Source: a virus. Taken from it: a stretch of 35,607 nucleotides of DNA. Below the pieces are notes generated by a model. It was not told where the DNA came from. It ran no database searches and worked only from the letters and a program-made list of their open reading frames with translations. Both the position numbers and the translations under genes were made by a program. The stretch is from the UHGV virus genome UHGV-0212823; one strand, 5' to 3'. Below, piece by piece: positions 8,858 to 16,959 of the stretch (the first letter of the stretch is position 1; each line of letters opens with the position of its first letter).

Positions 8858-9163
8858 TTATTTCCCGATACTTTGCCTGCGCTCACGAATATTGAAATCT
8901 GCTTCATCTGCATTAAATTTCAGAGCCGAAGCAATACCAGGCAAATACATCATCATTTCACCCAGGTTACGCAAATCCTCTTTAGCCATTTCACCTGTGT
9001 ATTCTTTGTTATCGCAGGCCCAGAAGAGGATATTGCCGACAGAGCCCAGACCGGACATGATCCCTTCGTATGCACCTTCGGAATGCATGCGGATACGGGT
9101 CAGGGTTTCATCGTCCTCTTTATCTAAATCACAGCGTGTCAGTAACTGTTCGATATTGCTCAT
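8858..9163 (-). CDS. hypothetical acidic protein, 101 aa
   Basis: ATGA overlap with upstream gene stop at 9160-9163. Confidence 0.5.
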   Translation of the reverse strand: MSNIEQLLTRCDLDKEDDETLTRIRMHSEGAYEGIMSGLGSVGNILFWACDNKEYTGEMAKEDLRNLGEMMMYLPGIASALKFNADEADFNIRERRQSIGK

Positions 9164-9903
9164 ACCGGCTCTCCCCAGAAATCGATGAGATCAACACCAT
9201 ACACAGCCACCCATGCCTCACGCGGCCATGATTTAACAAAGCCAAACTGCGCGTCCGGCACTTTATGGGGTTCCAGCCCGTTCTCCTGACACCACTTTTT
9301 AAGTGGACGCCAGCCATACTCAATATCAGTGACACTTTTCACGGCTTTCACCGTGGCATATTTCCCTGATTCGCCCAAGCGTTCTGCCAGTTGTTTCGAT
9401 TTACGCACGGCAGCTGATGCAGTGGCCATTGCCGTTGCTTCCCGGCGGCTGCCGATTTCGGCTTTGGTACGCTCAGCTTCGTCAGCGCGGGCTTTCTCTG
9501 CCAGTCGCCCCTGCTCTGACGCCATCGCAATCTGGAGAATTTCCATGGTGGACAGTTCACGCTGAACGGGTGCAGACTGATAACGCGCTTCAAGCTTGTC
9601 GACCAGTCCACGGCGCACCGCCTTTGACTCACGGGCAGCAACGCGGAGAGCCTGCTTATATCGCATCCCGATGACTTCCTGATCTGCTCCACCTTTTTTG
9701 CTATCCATAGGGGTTACGAAAGTTTCGTAAGCCTCCCCGGCAAGCTCATCTTTAATGCGAGCAACAAAATCATTATTTCGAATCGGTTTCTGCCCGCACT
9801 CTTTACGTGCCTCATTAACCATCACCAATAGTTCCTGCGAGTCGATATAATCGGCACCTTTATCCAGGATACCGCCCGCCATAAGTTCAGTTTTATCAGC
9901 CAT
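9160..9903 (-). CDS. hypothetical protein, 247 aa (possible antirepressor-like regulator); start trimmed to MADKTEL
   Basis: RBS GAGGTG 4 nt upstream of ATG at 9903; Ala/Arg/Glu-rich central coiled-coil-like segment. Confidence 0.45.
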   Translation of the reverse strand: MADKTELMAGGILDKGADYIDSQELLVMVNEARKECGQKPIRNNDFVARIKDELAGEAYETFVTPMDSKKGGADQEVIGMRYKQALRVAARESKAVRRGLVDKLEARYQSAPVQRELSTMEILQIAMASEQGRLAEKARADEAERTKAEIGSRREATAMATASAAVRKSKQLAERLGESGKYATVKAVKSVTDIEYGWRPLKKWCQENGLEPHKVPDAQFGFVKSWPREAWVAVYGVDLIDFWGEPV

Positions 9904-10123
9904 TGCACACCTCGTGTTCATTTCCCGTCTGCTCACCAAGATCCAGAGCATTTGTGGACTGCTGCGTAAGATGGGTCGCAATATCGACGAGAGATATCAC
10001 GTACATCTGCAGATTCTTTTCACCGGAGCCGAGGATTCGGGTAGCGCAGTTCATCAGATCCAGCGACCGTTGAAGGTTGATCAACACATCACCTTCTGTA
10101 CGATAAATGTGTGGCTTATCCAT
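9896..10123 (-). CDS. hypothetical protein, 75 aa
   Basis: RBS GGAGG 7 nt upstream of ATG at 10123; overlaps neighbours by 8 nt on both sides. Confidence 0.45.
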   Translation of the reverse strand: MDKPHIYRTEGDVLINLQRSLDLMNCATRILGSGEKNLQMYVISLVDIATHLTQQSTNALDLGEQTGNEHEVCNG

Positions 10124-10286
10124 TTTCAGCCTCCACAGCTTCACGGGCGATCTTTTCAATCAGCTCGATGAGTTCAAGGCACAACTGCTCTTCGTCCGCA
10201 CTGGAAGTGAGAAACCCAGCCGCGGATGCAAGTGCCTGAATCTTATGCAAAGCATCAAGGCCAACCCCGACTTTAACGTTACGCAT
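10116..10286 (-). CDS. small hypothetical protein, 56 aa (paralog of the 10670-10831 ORF)
   Basis: RBS AGGGGG upstream of ATG at 10286; shares sequence pattern with the other small ORF. Confidence 0.45.
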   Translation of the reverse strand: MRNVKVGVGLDALHKIQALASAAGFLTSSADEEQLCLELIELIEKIAREAVEAENG

Positions 10287-10677
10287 TGCATACCCCCTGT
10301 TCAGGTGTGACAGACCAGCCAGCCCGACGAGCCATTTCGAGGAACGCTGACAACGTTGCAACGTGCTCCCCATTAACCAGTGGGTAATCGCACACATGGC
10401 GGCCTTCTTTGAGCTGAACCAACACGCGCCCTGTGAAATTGGGTGAAACGTGAAGGTTCACAGTTGCCACGGTATTCAGCCCTTTCATCAGCATCAGTTT
10501 CGCAAAATCAGCAGCATCGCCGTGCACGCCACAGCCAAAACAGCGGAAGGTTTGAGCCTTAGAATCAACAGTGAATGATGGCGTTTTCTCGCTGTGAAGA
10601 GGGCAAAGGCCAACATAGTTTTTACCCTGTTTCTCAAGCTGAACGTGCTGATCAATCACTTTCAGAATGTCATTCAT
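10279..10677 (-). CDS. CHC2-type zinc-finger protein (DnaG-primase-like zinc-binding domain), 132 aa
   Basis: Motif CPLHSEKTPSF...FRCFGCGVHGD matches the CHC2 primase zinc finger; RBS AGGAGG 7 nt upstream. Confidence 0.7.
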   Translation of the reverse strand: MNDILKVIDQHVQLEKQGKNYVGLCPLHSEKTPSFTVDSKAQTFRCFGCGVHGDAADFAKLMLMKGLNTVATVNLHVSPNFTGRVLVQLKEGRHVCDYPLVNGEHVATLSAFLEMARRAGWSVTPEQGVCNA

Positions 10678-10831
10678 TCCCGGCCTCCTGCGCTTTTTTA
10701 GCGACCTCTTCAATCTGCGACATAAGGATCCCTGCCAGTTCAATGCGGGCAGGTGTATCTGTCAGAAACTGTGCTGCACGTGCGAATGCCTCAATTTCGA
10801 TAAGGGCATCGGTTTTGGTGAATTCAGACAT
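10670..10831 (-). CDS. small hypothetical protein, 53 aa (paralog of the 10116-10286 ORF)
   Basis: RBS AGGAGG 6 nt upstream of ATG at 10831. Confidence 0.45.
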   Translation of the reverse strand: MSEFTKTDALIEIEAFARAAQFLTDTPARIELAGILMSQIEEVAKKAQEAGNE

Positions 10832-11111
10832 GCGCCACCTCCTGAACACTGGAGGTGCAAGCATCAAAACGCTGTTCGAAAATCCAGGAGAAGTGATCAC
10901 CACCCTCCATCAACTGGAGACGGCATGGAGCTTTGGTACGGCTCTGCGCGGCGAAGACCAGACTCAAGTTAAGAAAATGAGAGCGGGCCTGCTGCTCATT
11001 GTTGGCTTCCGCACGCAGAACAACGGGCGTGGTGTTGGGTTTATCTGACGGAGTTCCCAGAAACAGGTATGTGAATTCCGGGCGAGTTTGGGTATCATGT
11101 GAACATGCCAT
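10824..11111 (-). CDS. hypothetical protein, 95 aa, first gene of the early operon
   Basis: RBS GGAG upstream of ATG at 11111; the rest of the listed 247-aa ORF upstream reads like translated intergenic DNA. Confidence 0.4.
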   Translation of the reverse strand: MACSHDTQTRPEFTYLFLGTPSDKPNTTPVVLRAEANNEQQARSHFLNLSLVFAAQSRTKAPCRLQLMEGGDHFSWIFEQRFDACTSSVQEVAHV

Positions 11112-11185
11112 AATGTTACTCCGATTAACGTTGTGGTTAGAGGCCCAACCGGATTGCCGTCCGTGTTGGGCTTCGAATAACTCAA

Positions 11186-11233
11186 GGTGTATTTCACCTT
11201 CAAAATAAAGGCTACTCCATGGTGAAATACACC
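11186..11233. promoter_or_regulatory. pair of palindromic operator-like sites GGTG-N5-CACC in the divergent control region
   Basis: GGTGTATTTCACC at 11186-11198 and its exact reverse complement GGTGAAATACACC at 11221-11233, between the divergent gene starts. Confidence 0.45.
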
Positions 11234-11298
11234 GCAAGCCTTTTTTTAATCTTTTTTTTGCGTATACTGACATACACCAAGTCAAAGGAGTGTCAGTA

Positions 11299-11484
11299 AT
11301 GGCAACAGGTGCAAAGAACGCCAAGTCACAAATGACCACAGTACGAATCCCCCATGAAGTGATGGAAGATATAGAATTCCTCAAGGAGGAAGGAGAAAGT
11401 ACAGCTGGTTTTTTAGTTACTGCAGCAAAAGGCGAAATCAAGCGCCGGCAGCGCAAGAAATCGAAAGATAATCTCGACCAGTGA
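11299..11484 (+). CDS. small putative DNA-binding regulator (ribbon-helix-helix-like), 61 aa
   Basis: RBS AAGGAG 8 nt upstream; -10 TATACT at 11263-11268; basic C-terminus KRRQRKKSK; divergent from the early operon. Confidence 0.5.
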   Translation: MATGAKNAKSQMTTVRIPHEVMEDIEFLKEEGESTAGFLVTAAKGEIKRRQRKKSKDNLDQ

Positions 11485-11498
11485 TCGGTCTGGTTCCC

Positions 11499-11531
11499 AA
11501 AGGCAACGTTCGCAGCGTTGCCTTTTTCTTT
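11499..11531 (+). terminator. rho-independent terminator
   Basis: Hairpin AAAGGCAACG-TTCGCAG-CGTTGCCTTT followed by TTCTTT. Confidence 0.55.
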
Positions 11532-11563
11532 GTGCACAGATGGTGCGCAGGTAATGAAGCCGC

Positions 11564-12181
11564 TCATTCATATACCCCAACTTTCCCGCCGCCAATCAAC
11601 ACAAATGGAATCTGACCAATTTCATCCACCAGTTTTTGCGCATTAACCAGCTCTGGCAAATCATCCTGGCGCTTACGAAGACGGCGGCCGGCATCGGAAG
11701 AATCCTCGTCTGAAGCCTTCCAGGCCGCTGCAACAATATTCCGCATCTGTTCAATCGTGTGATGAACGCCAAGCTGAGGATCTGCCCCCTCCTTCTCAAC
11801 TAAATCCAGTAACCATACGCGAAGCTCTTTCGCTACTTTCGTGCGGGCAAACATGCCGATGAGGTGGGCACCACGCGGTGAGAAAAGACGGGTATCAATT
11901 TCACGTAAGCTATTGTTTATCCCGTTCACCCTCATTTTGGCGACGGTCGTCATTGATGGGCTGAACTCATCCTCATGGCGGTAAAAAAGATTCAGCACCT
12001 TGTCTTTATCTGCATATCCCAAGAGCCCGGCCAGAGTGTCAGCAGTGAACCAAATTTTACCGTCGCCATTGTCATACGGAATTACTACCCGGTCATGAAA
12101 CTTCAGTTCGCGACAAATAACGCTCTGACCGATTTCAGAGTGAGCGAATCCCTGCCCGGAAAGGGCATTCATTTTATTCAT
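11564..12181 (-). CDS. Bro-N domain protein (phage antirepressor-like)
   Basis: Motifs FHDRVVIPYDNGDGKIWFTADTLAGLLGY and LIGMFARTKVAKELRVWLLDLVEK fit the Bro-N fold pattern. Confidence 0.6.
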   Translation of the reverse strand: MNKMNALSGQGFAHSEIGQSVICRELKFHDRVVIPYDNGDGKIWFTADTLAGLLGYADKDKVLNLFYRHEDEFSPSMTTVAKMRVNGINNSLREIDTRLFSPRGAHLIGMFARTKVAKELRVWLLDLVEKEGADPQLGVHHTIEQMRNIVAAAWKASDEDSSDAGRRLRKRQDDLPELVNAQKLVDEIGQIPFVLIGGGKVGVYE

Positions 12182-12290
12182 GGTTATTTACCTGTCGTTA
12201 ATTAGGTTGGTGGCTGTCGTCACAATCAGACCTTAATCAGATGCGAATGCAACAACACGCAACTCATGCACATAGGGTGTTCCTGATTGA

Positions 12291-12488
12291 TTAGGCTACC
12301 TCCTTGCGCGATTCTTCGATGCGCTGGTTGATCCAGTCATCTACTTCACTTTCGACAAAGGCGATGGCACGAGAGCCAATTTTGACAGAGGAAGGGAATT
12401 TACCCTGACTCATAAGGCGGTAGATCCAGGCTTTGCTGTAGCCGGTACGGCGTTGCACTTCTAACAAACGAATGAGTGTTGCAGACAT
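12291..12488 (-). CDS. alpA: AlpA-family transcriptional regulator/excisionase-like protein
   Basis: 65 aa; LLEVQRRTGYSKAWIYRLMSQGKFPSSVKIGSRAIAFVESEVDDWI is the AlpA/Xis-type winged HTH; RBS AGGAG upstream. Confidence 0.8.
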   Translation of the reverse strand: MSATLIRLLEVQRRTGYSKAWIYRLMSQGKFPSSVKIGSRAIAFVESEVDDWINQRIEESRKEVA

Positions 12489-12595
12489 GGTAGGCTCCTG
12501 TAGACGTCTCTATAACAGGAGCAATTACAATCAAATGGGGTGGTGAAGTCATCGCATCGAAATTATAATTTTCGCAGCGAAGTTATAACTTTGAT

Positions 12596-13567
12596 TTAAT
12601 TGAATTTTTCTTTAAATTTTTTGTTGGCTACTGCAAAGTAATCATCAAGGGCACGGCGGGTAAAATTAGGACACATTTCAACCAACTCTTCTTTCAATAG
12701 ATCCTGAGTCCAGCGTCTTTGCCTGCTGTTTGTATTTTTTATAACACTTAACATTGAGCCAACCAAAAAACTGAAATCCATTTCCTCAACTTCTGGCGTT
12801 CCAGTGATCGTTCTTTCAAATGCTATTAAATTATCAGGGCGTAAACCAATTTCACTATTAACTGGAAGCCCATCAGTGGGGAAATAGTTCATTGCATCCA
12901 ATTCTAACAAACGTATATTTCCATCTTTATCCTTTGTGATTTTACCTCGTTCAAATTCTTCCATAATATTAATTAATCGCCCGTTAGTATCTTTTATTAA
13001 TGGTCCACCCAGATTTATTAACCTATTCGATTCATAACCTTTCCCAGTTGAGTATATCCTTTGAAGATCCAGAACCTCAGCGCCAATCAATGGTAGATCA
13101 TAAATCACTTCATTTAGATATTCAGGGCCAGACACATATTCATAATCACCAAACCGACCTTTCTCAAGATAGGATTCCAACGTCATATCTTCATACTTAG
13201 AGCCATACCTAGCCGACATTTTCTCTTTCGAACTTTCGAACTCCTCCAGCAAATACTGTTTAAATTCTTCTTTATATGCTGAAAGTAAATCTCCTTCGCT
13301 CGCATTTTTCAGATTAGGATCACACATCAGCCTGAAAAGAAACATTTCTTGCAAGTGGTTAATAATTGGTACTTCTTTGTAAATCATCTCCCGACCAACA
13401 AATTTTTCTCCATATGGCAATCGAACAGACAAAATCAGATCGTGAGACAAGCCAAGCTCTATCAAATCCAAAACAGTAACGTTTCCTTCAACTATTGAGG
13501 AAAGCCGTTCCGCAGCTTCATCAAGCCCTATCCATTTCTTTATTTTTAGTAGACGATCACTAACCAT
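12596..13567 (-). CDS. hypothetical protein, 323 aa, AT-rich cargo gene
   Basis: Clean ORF with RBS GAGGTGG; far more AT-rich than neighbours; no motif recognised. Confidence 0.6.
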   Translation of the reverse strand: MVSDRLLKIKKWIGLDEAAERLSSIVEGNVTVLDLIELGLSHDLILSVRLPYGEKFVGREMIYKEVPIINHLQEMFLFRLMCDPNLKNASEGDLLSAYKEEFKQYLLEEFESSKEKMSARYGSKYEDMTLESYLEKGRFGDYEYVSGPEYLNEVIYDLPLIGAEVLDLQRIYSTGKGYESNRLINLGGPLIKDTNGRLINIMEEFERGKITKDKDGNIRLLELDAMNYFPTDGLPVNSEIGLRPDNLIAFERTITGTPEVEEMDFSFLVGSMLSVIKNTNSRQRRWTQDLLKEELVEMCPNFTRRALDDYFAVANKKFKEKFN

Positions 13568-13755
13568 TGCACCACCTCATACTCTGGAATCTAAGAGCCA
13601 TGTCAGCCAGCATAGATTACGGTTCGGGAATCAGCTTAGGCATAGCCTTTTCTTTGGATGGATTATCGTCTACTGAGGTAAACATGTCTAGATAGCACTG
13701 TATATTATGCCAGTGAAATTGAGAGAACACGATGTGAGGTCAGTTGTGACCTGTA

Positions 13756-13962
13756 TCAGGTTTTCAGGTCATGACGCGATTCGGCAATACGATTATTTAT
13801 CCACTCGTCGATCTCACTTTCGATAAATGCTATAGAACGCACACCAATCTTCACGGACTGCGGGAAGCGCTTTTCTTTAAGCAGCCGATAAATCCAAGCC
13901 TTGCTATACCCTGTTCTACGAAGTACCTCGGAAAGGCGTATAAATCTACTATTCTGAGCCAT
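13756..13962 (-). CDS. alpA: AlpA-family transcriptional regulator/excisionase-like protein (second copy); start trimmed to MAQNSRF
   Basis: RLSEVLRRTGYSKAWIYRLLKEKRFPQSVKIGVRSIAFIESEIDEWI, paralogous to the 12291-12488 protein. Confidence 0.75.
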   Translation of the reverse strand: MAQNSRFIRLSEVLRRTGYSKAWIYRLLKEKRFPQSVKIGVRSIAFIESEIDEWINNRIAESRHDLKT

Positions 13963-14607
13963 ATGATGTTTCCTGTGTTGCGGACATAACAAAAGAACCT
14001 GGCACTGAGTGACAGGTTTAATATTAATGATTCAAGATTAAGGATGTGGTTTAACCCACAGCATGCAAGCATGTGCGGTTAATAAATTCTTCAGCAAGAT
14101 AGATGCAGCTAAGGGGCTACAGAGTGGCGACTGAATTTCAACAAGGGACGAAACATACCTAGTAAGTGAATTTCTGAAATACACTCATAATACATTTGCT
14201 CATCCCGCATCGGGCTGAGAATCCAGATTTTAAAGAACTATTATACAATTGCATTTATCCTCCAGAACTTCTGGAAGACTGCTACACAAGGGCGTAGCGC
14301 GACTTACACTTAGGCAAGCCTCCCCATTAATTTTAAAGAACATCGCACTTTTCAGTGCTCGATTGATTCACTTTTCAGCGACGGAGAACAAGTGTTCGTT
14401 GTGAAAAGAACTGATCCGATTTCCAACCCTTCTTCAGGGCATGTCCGATGTCTTCACCGAGTAAATCATTTTAAAGAACTAGCACTTCAACAGTGCCGCT
14501 GCTTGTCTAAAGAACAATGGTCGTCAACTGAAATGAAAGATAGATCACTACTGTCTACATGTCCAGCGTTTTTCACATCATAAAAATGAACACGGCCTCA
14601 CTAAATA

Positions 14608-14730
14608 GTCGTTCCAAAACCGCCAAAAGTTGTTCCAGAGTTGTTCCAACTTGAATGTGTGCATATAAATAAAGACAATAACTTATCCTTATAAATATAC
14701 ATATGGAACAACTGGAACAAGTGGAACGAC
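14608..14730. repeat. nonamer array module A: three direct GTYGTTCCA copies and three inverted copies around an AT-rich spacer
   Basis: GTCGTTCCA 14608-14616, GTTGTTCCA 14629-14637 and 14640-14648; inverted TGGAACAAC/TGGAACAAG/TGGAACGAC tandem at 14704-14730. Confidence 0.6.
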
Positions 14731-14759
14731 TATTTTTCTCTTACATGTGAATAAACAGC

Positions 14760-15947
14760 TTATCCAGCAGCCTTACCCGCCAGTTCATCCAGATAGTCAG
14801 CGTACCACTGGAGCATCTCCCGTCTCCCATCGAGGTACTGAGCATGGTTGTAAGTACCACGGATAGTATTCCTGTCAGCGTGCGCCAGTTGAGTTTCTAT
14901 CCATGCAGAATCAAATCCTTTCTCATGCAATACGGTGCTCATCGTGTGTCTGAAACCATGGCCAGTAGCCTTTCCGCCATAGCCTATACGTTTAATCACC
15001 TGGTTAATGCTGGCCTCGCTCATTGGTTTATGTGCATCGTTGCGACCGGGGAAGACATACTTACCCCAGCCGGTGATCTCTTTTAGCTCCAGCAGATGAG
15101 ATTTAACCTGTCTAGAAAGTGGTACAAGGTGAGGACGGCGCATCTTCATGCGTTCCTTAGGGATCTGCCACAAATCATTGTCCAGGTCGAATTCAGCCCA
15201 CTCTGAGGCGCGGAGTTCAATGGTCCTGACACTGGTGTACATAAGCAGTAATGTCGCAATGCGTGTCACTTTACTACCACTATAAGCATTCACTGCGTGA
15301 ATAAATGGACCAAGTTCGGCGGGGAGTAGGTGTGGGAAGTGATTTTGCTTGGGTGATTTTAGTGCGCCAGCCAGATCGGTTACGGGGTTTACCTCTGCTC
15401 TGCCAGTAATTATCGCGTAAGTGAAAATCTGCCGACATGCCTGACGGGTTTTCTTGAGCTTATCCAGTACTCCTCGTTCTTCCATTTTGCGCAACACTGA
15501 CAGCATGTCCATCGGCTTGATTTCGGTAATGGCCTTCTTTCCGACATACGGGAATATATCCTTTCGTAGATATTCAAGAATGTCCTCAGCATACCCGGAA
15601 GACCAGTTCAACTTCTTATGCTCATGCCATTCAAGCGCCAAAAGCTCGAAGCTGTTATTAATTGCTAGATTCTTCGCTTCTCTGGCGGCTTGTTTAACTT
15701 CAGAGGGATCGTCACCTGCTGCAAGTACACGCTTGGCTTCCGTACGTTTGTCTCTGGCTTCAGCAAGCGTCACATCAGGATAAACGCCAATGGAAAGCAG
15801 CTTTTCTTTGCCTGAATAGCGGTACTTCATGCGCCAGTACCTGGAACCATTCGGGTTAACCAGCAGATACAAACCACCACCATCAGACAGCTTATATGGT
15901 TTATCTGTTGGCTTTGCAGTACTTATCTGGCGGGCTGTTAGCTTCAT
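14760..15947 (-). CDS. int: tyrosine site-specific integrase, P4/CP4-57 type
   Basis: 395 aa; N-terminal arm-binding-type domain (LSDGGGLYLLVNPNGSRYWRMKYRY) and C-terminal catalytic region with HGFRHT and Tyr-containing RGTYNHAQY motifs. Confidence 0.9.
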   Translation of the reverse strand: MKLTARQISTAKPTDKPYKLSDGGGLYLLVNPNGSRYWRMKYRYSGKEKLLSIGVYPDVTLAEARDKRTEAKRVLAAGDDPSEVKQAAREAKNLAINNSFELLALEWHEHKKLNWSSGYAEDILEYLRKDIFPYVGKKAITEIKPMDMLSVLRKMEERGVLDKLKKTRQACRQIFTYAIITGRAEVNPVTDLAGALKSPKQNHFPHLLPAELGPFIHAVNAYSGSKVTRIATLLLMYTSVRTIELRASEWAEFDLDNDLWQIPKERMKMRRPHLVPLSRQVKSHLLELKEITGWGKYVFPGRNDAHKPMSEASINQVIKRIGYGGKATGHGFRHTMSTVLHEKGFDSAWIETQLAHADRNTIRGTYNHAQYLDGRREMLQWYADYLDELAGKAAG

Positions 15948-16365
15948 ATTGGGGGTATCTCACTTCATTGAACCTGAACATACCCCCGAATGTACCCCCA
16001 GATGAGCGTAGATTTCAATAGATGATAATAGACATTGGGATAATGAGATTCTGCTCTATGCCTTGTTATATCTGGATTTAGTAGACTTTGAGAGAGGTCA
16101 GTAGAAGTGAATATGGTACGCCCTGTAGGATTCAATATAAATAAATAATCAATTGATATAAATGAATATTATTTTGTTCAATTTAATCACATACCCCCAC
16201 ACATACCCCCAAATTTATTTGCATCAATACTGAGCAAAAAACTTACCCGGTTTGGCAGAGTTCCAAGCCTATAGTAAAACAATAATGCAACAAATCCCTG
16301 ACTGAATTTCAGCAGCCATCTCTGGGTATCCATTTTTTAAATACGCGTATATATATACAGAAAAC

Positions 16366-16482
16366 GTTGTTCCAGTCGTTCCAGTTGTTCCAAAACATGT
16401 AATCAATTGAATTTTAAATAAATCATAATCGAAAAGTGGAACAATTCGGTGTCAAAAAAGTTGTTCCAGATGGCGGTTTTGG
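16366..16482. repeat. nonamer array module B: same GTYGTTCCA family, inverted relative to module A
   Basis: GTTGTTCCA/GTCGTTCCA/GTTGTTCCA at 16366-16393, TGGAACAA at 16437-16444, GTTGTTCCA 16460-16468, TGGCGGTTTTGG 16471-16482 (reverse complement of 14614-14625). Confidence 0.6.
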
Positions 16483-16959
16483 TACAACTGGAGTGGGTAA
16501 TTTGGAGTAGCAGTGACAAAATGGCGCAAATTTCAGCCAATGCACACAGGGTGTTCATGAAGATTAAGTGAAAGTAAAACAGATAGGGAATTTGAGATTT
16601 GGCGAAAGGAGTGTTGATCATTTGTGAGCAAACTGCATTCGGATTACTGGGCTTGCAGTTGCCAGAAAAACTACGAGCCGGCGAAATTCATACCGACATC
16701 GCAACCCATTGATGCAGCTTAATTATAGCGAATCGCGAGAATTGGCTAACCCATTGAAATTGTTCCAGAGTGTAAATTTACACTCTGCTCATAATACGTG
16801 CAACCCACTGAATTACCTTGATTATAACGAATCGTTAGGATTGCCTAACTGGCTGATTTTGTTCAATTCCGTCGATTCAACGGAGTTAGTTGATCACGAA
16901 TAGTATTCGGGGTCGCCTGAACATTAACACTACTTAGGTTCTAAAGAGGAGTTAAAACA

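Noticed and set aside
10824-11567. 247-aa minus-strand ORF
   Set aside because: Only the C-terminal 95 codons (from ATG at 11111 with an RBS) look genuine; the upstream part runs through the divergent promoter/operator region and a terminator.
14392-14583. 63-aa plus-strand ORF in the int-alpA intergenic region
   Set aside because: Has a possible GGAG and GTG start, but overlaps the iteron-like repeats and has an odd Cys/His-rich composition; cannot exclude a real small protein, so kept as rejected with low certainty.
16403-16621. 72-aa minus-strand ORF
   Set aside because: Overlaps nonamer module B in a very AT-rich non-coding tract; hydrophobic low-complexity translation; no RBS.
16000-16900. 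Possible CRISPR array in the repeat-rich AT tract
   Set aside because: Repeats are of several unrelated families, irregular in length and spacing, partly inverted, and there are no cas genes; they look like protein-binding site arrays instead.
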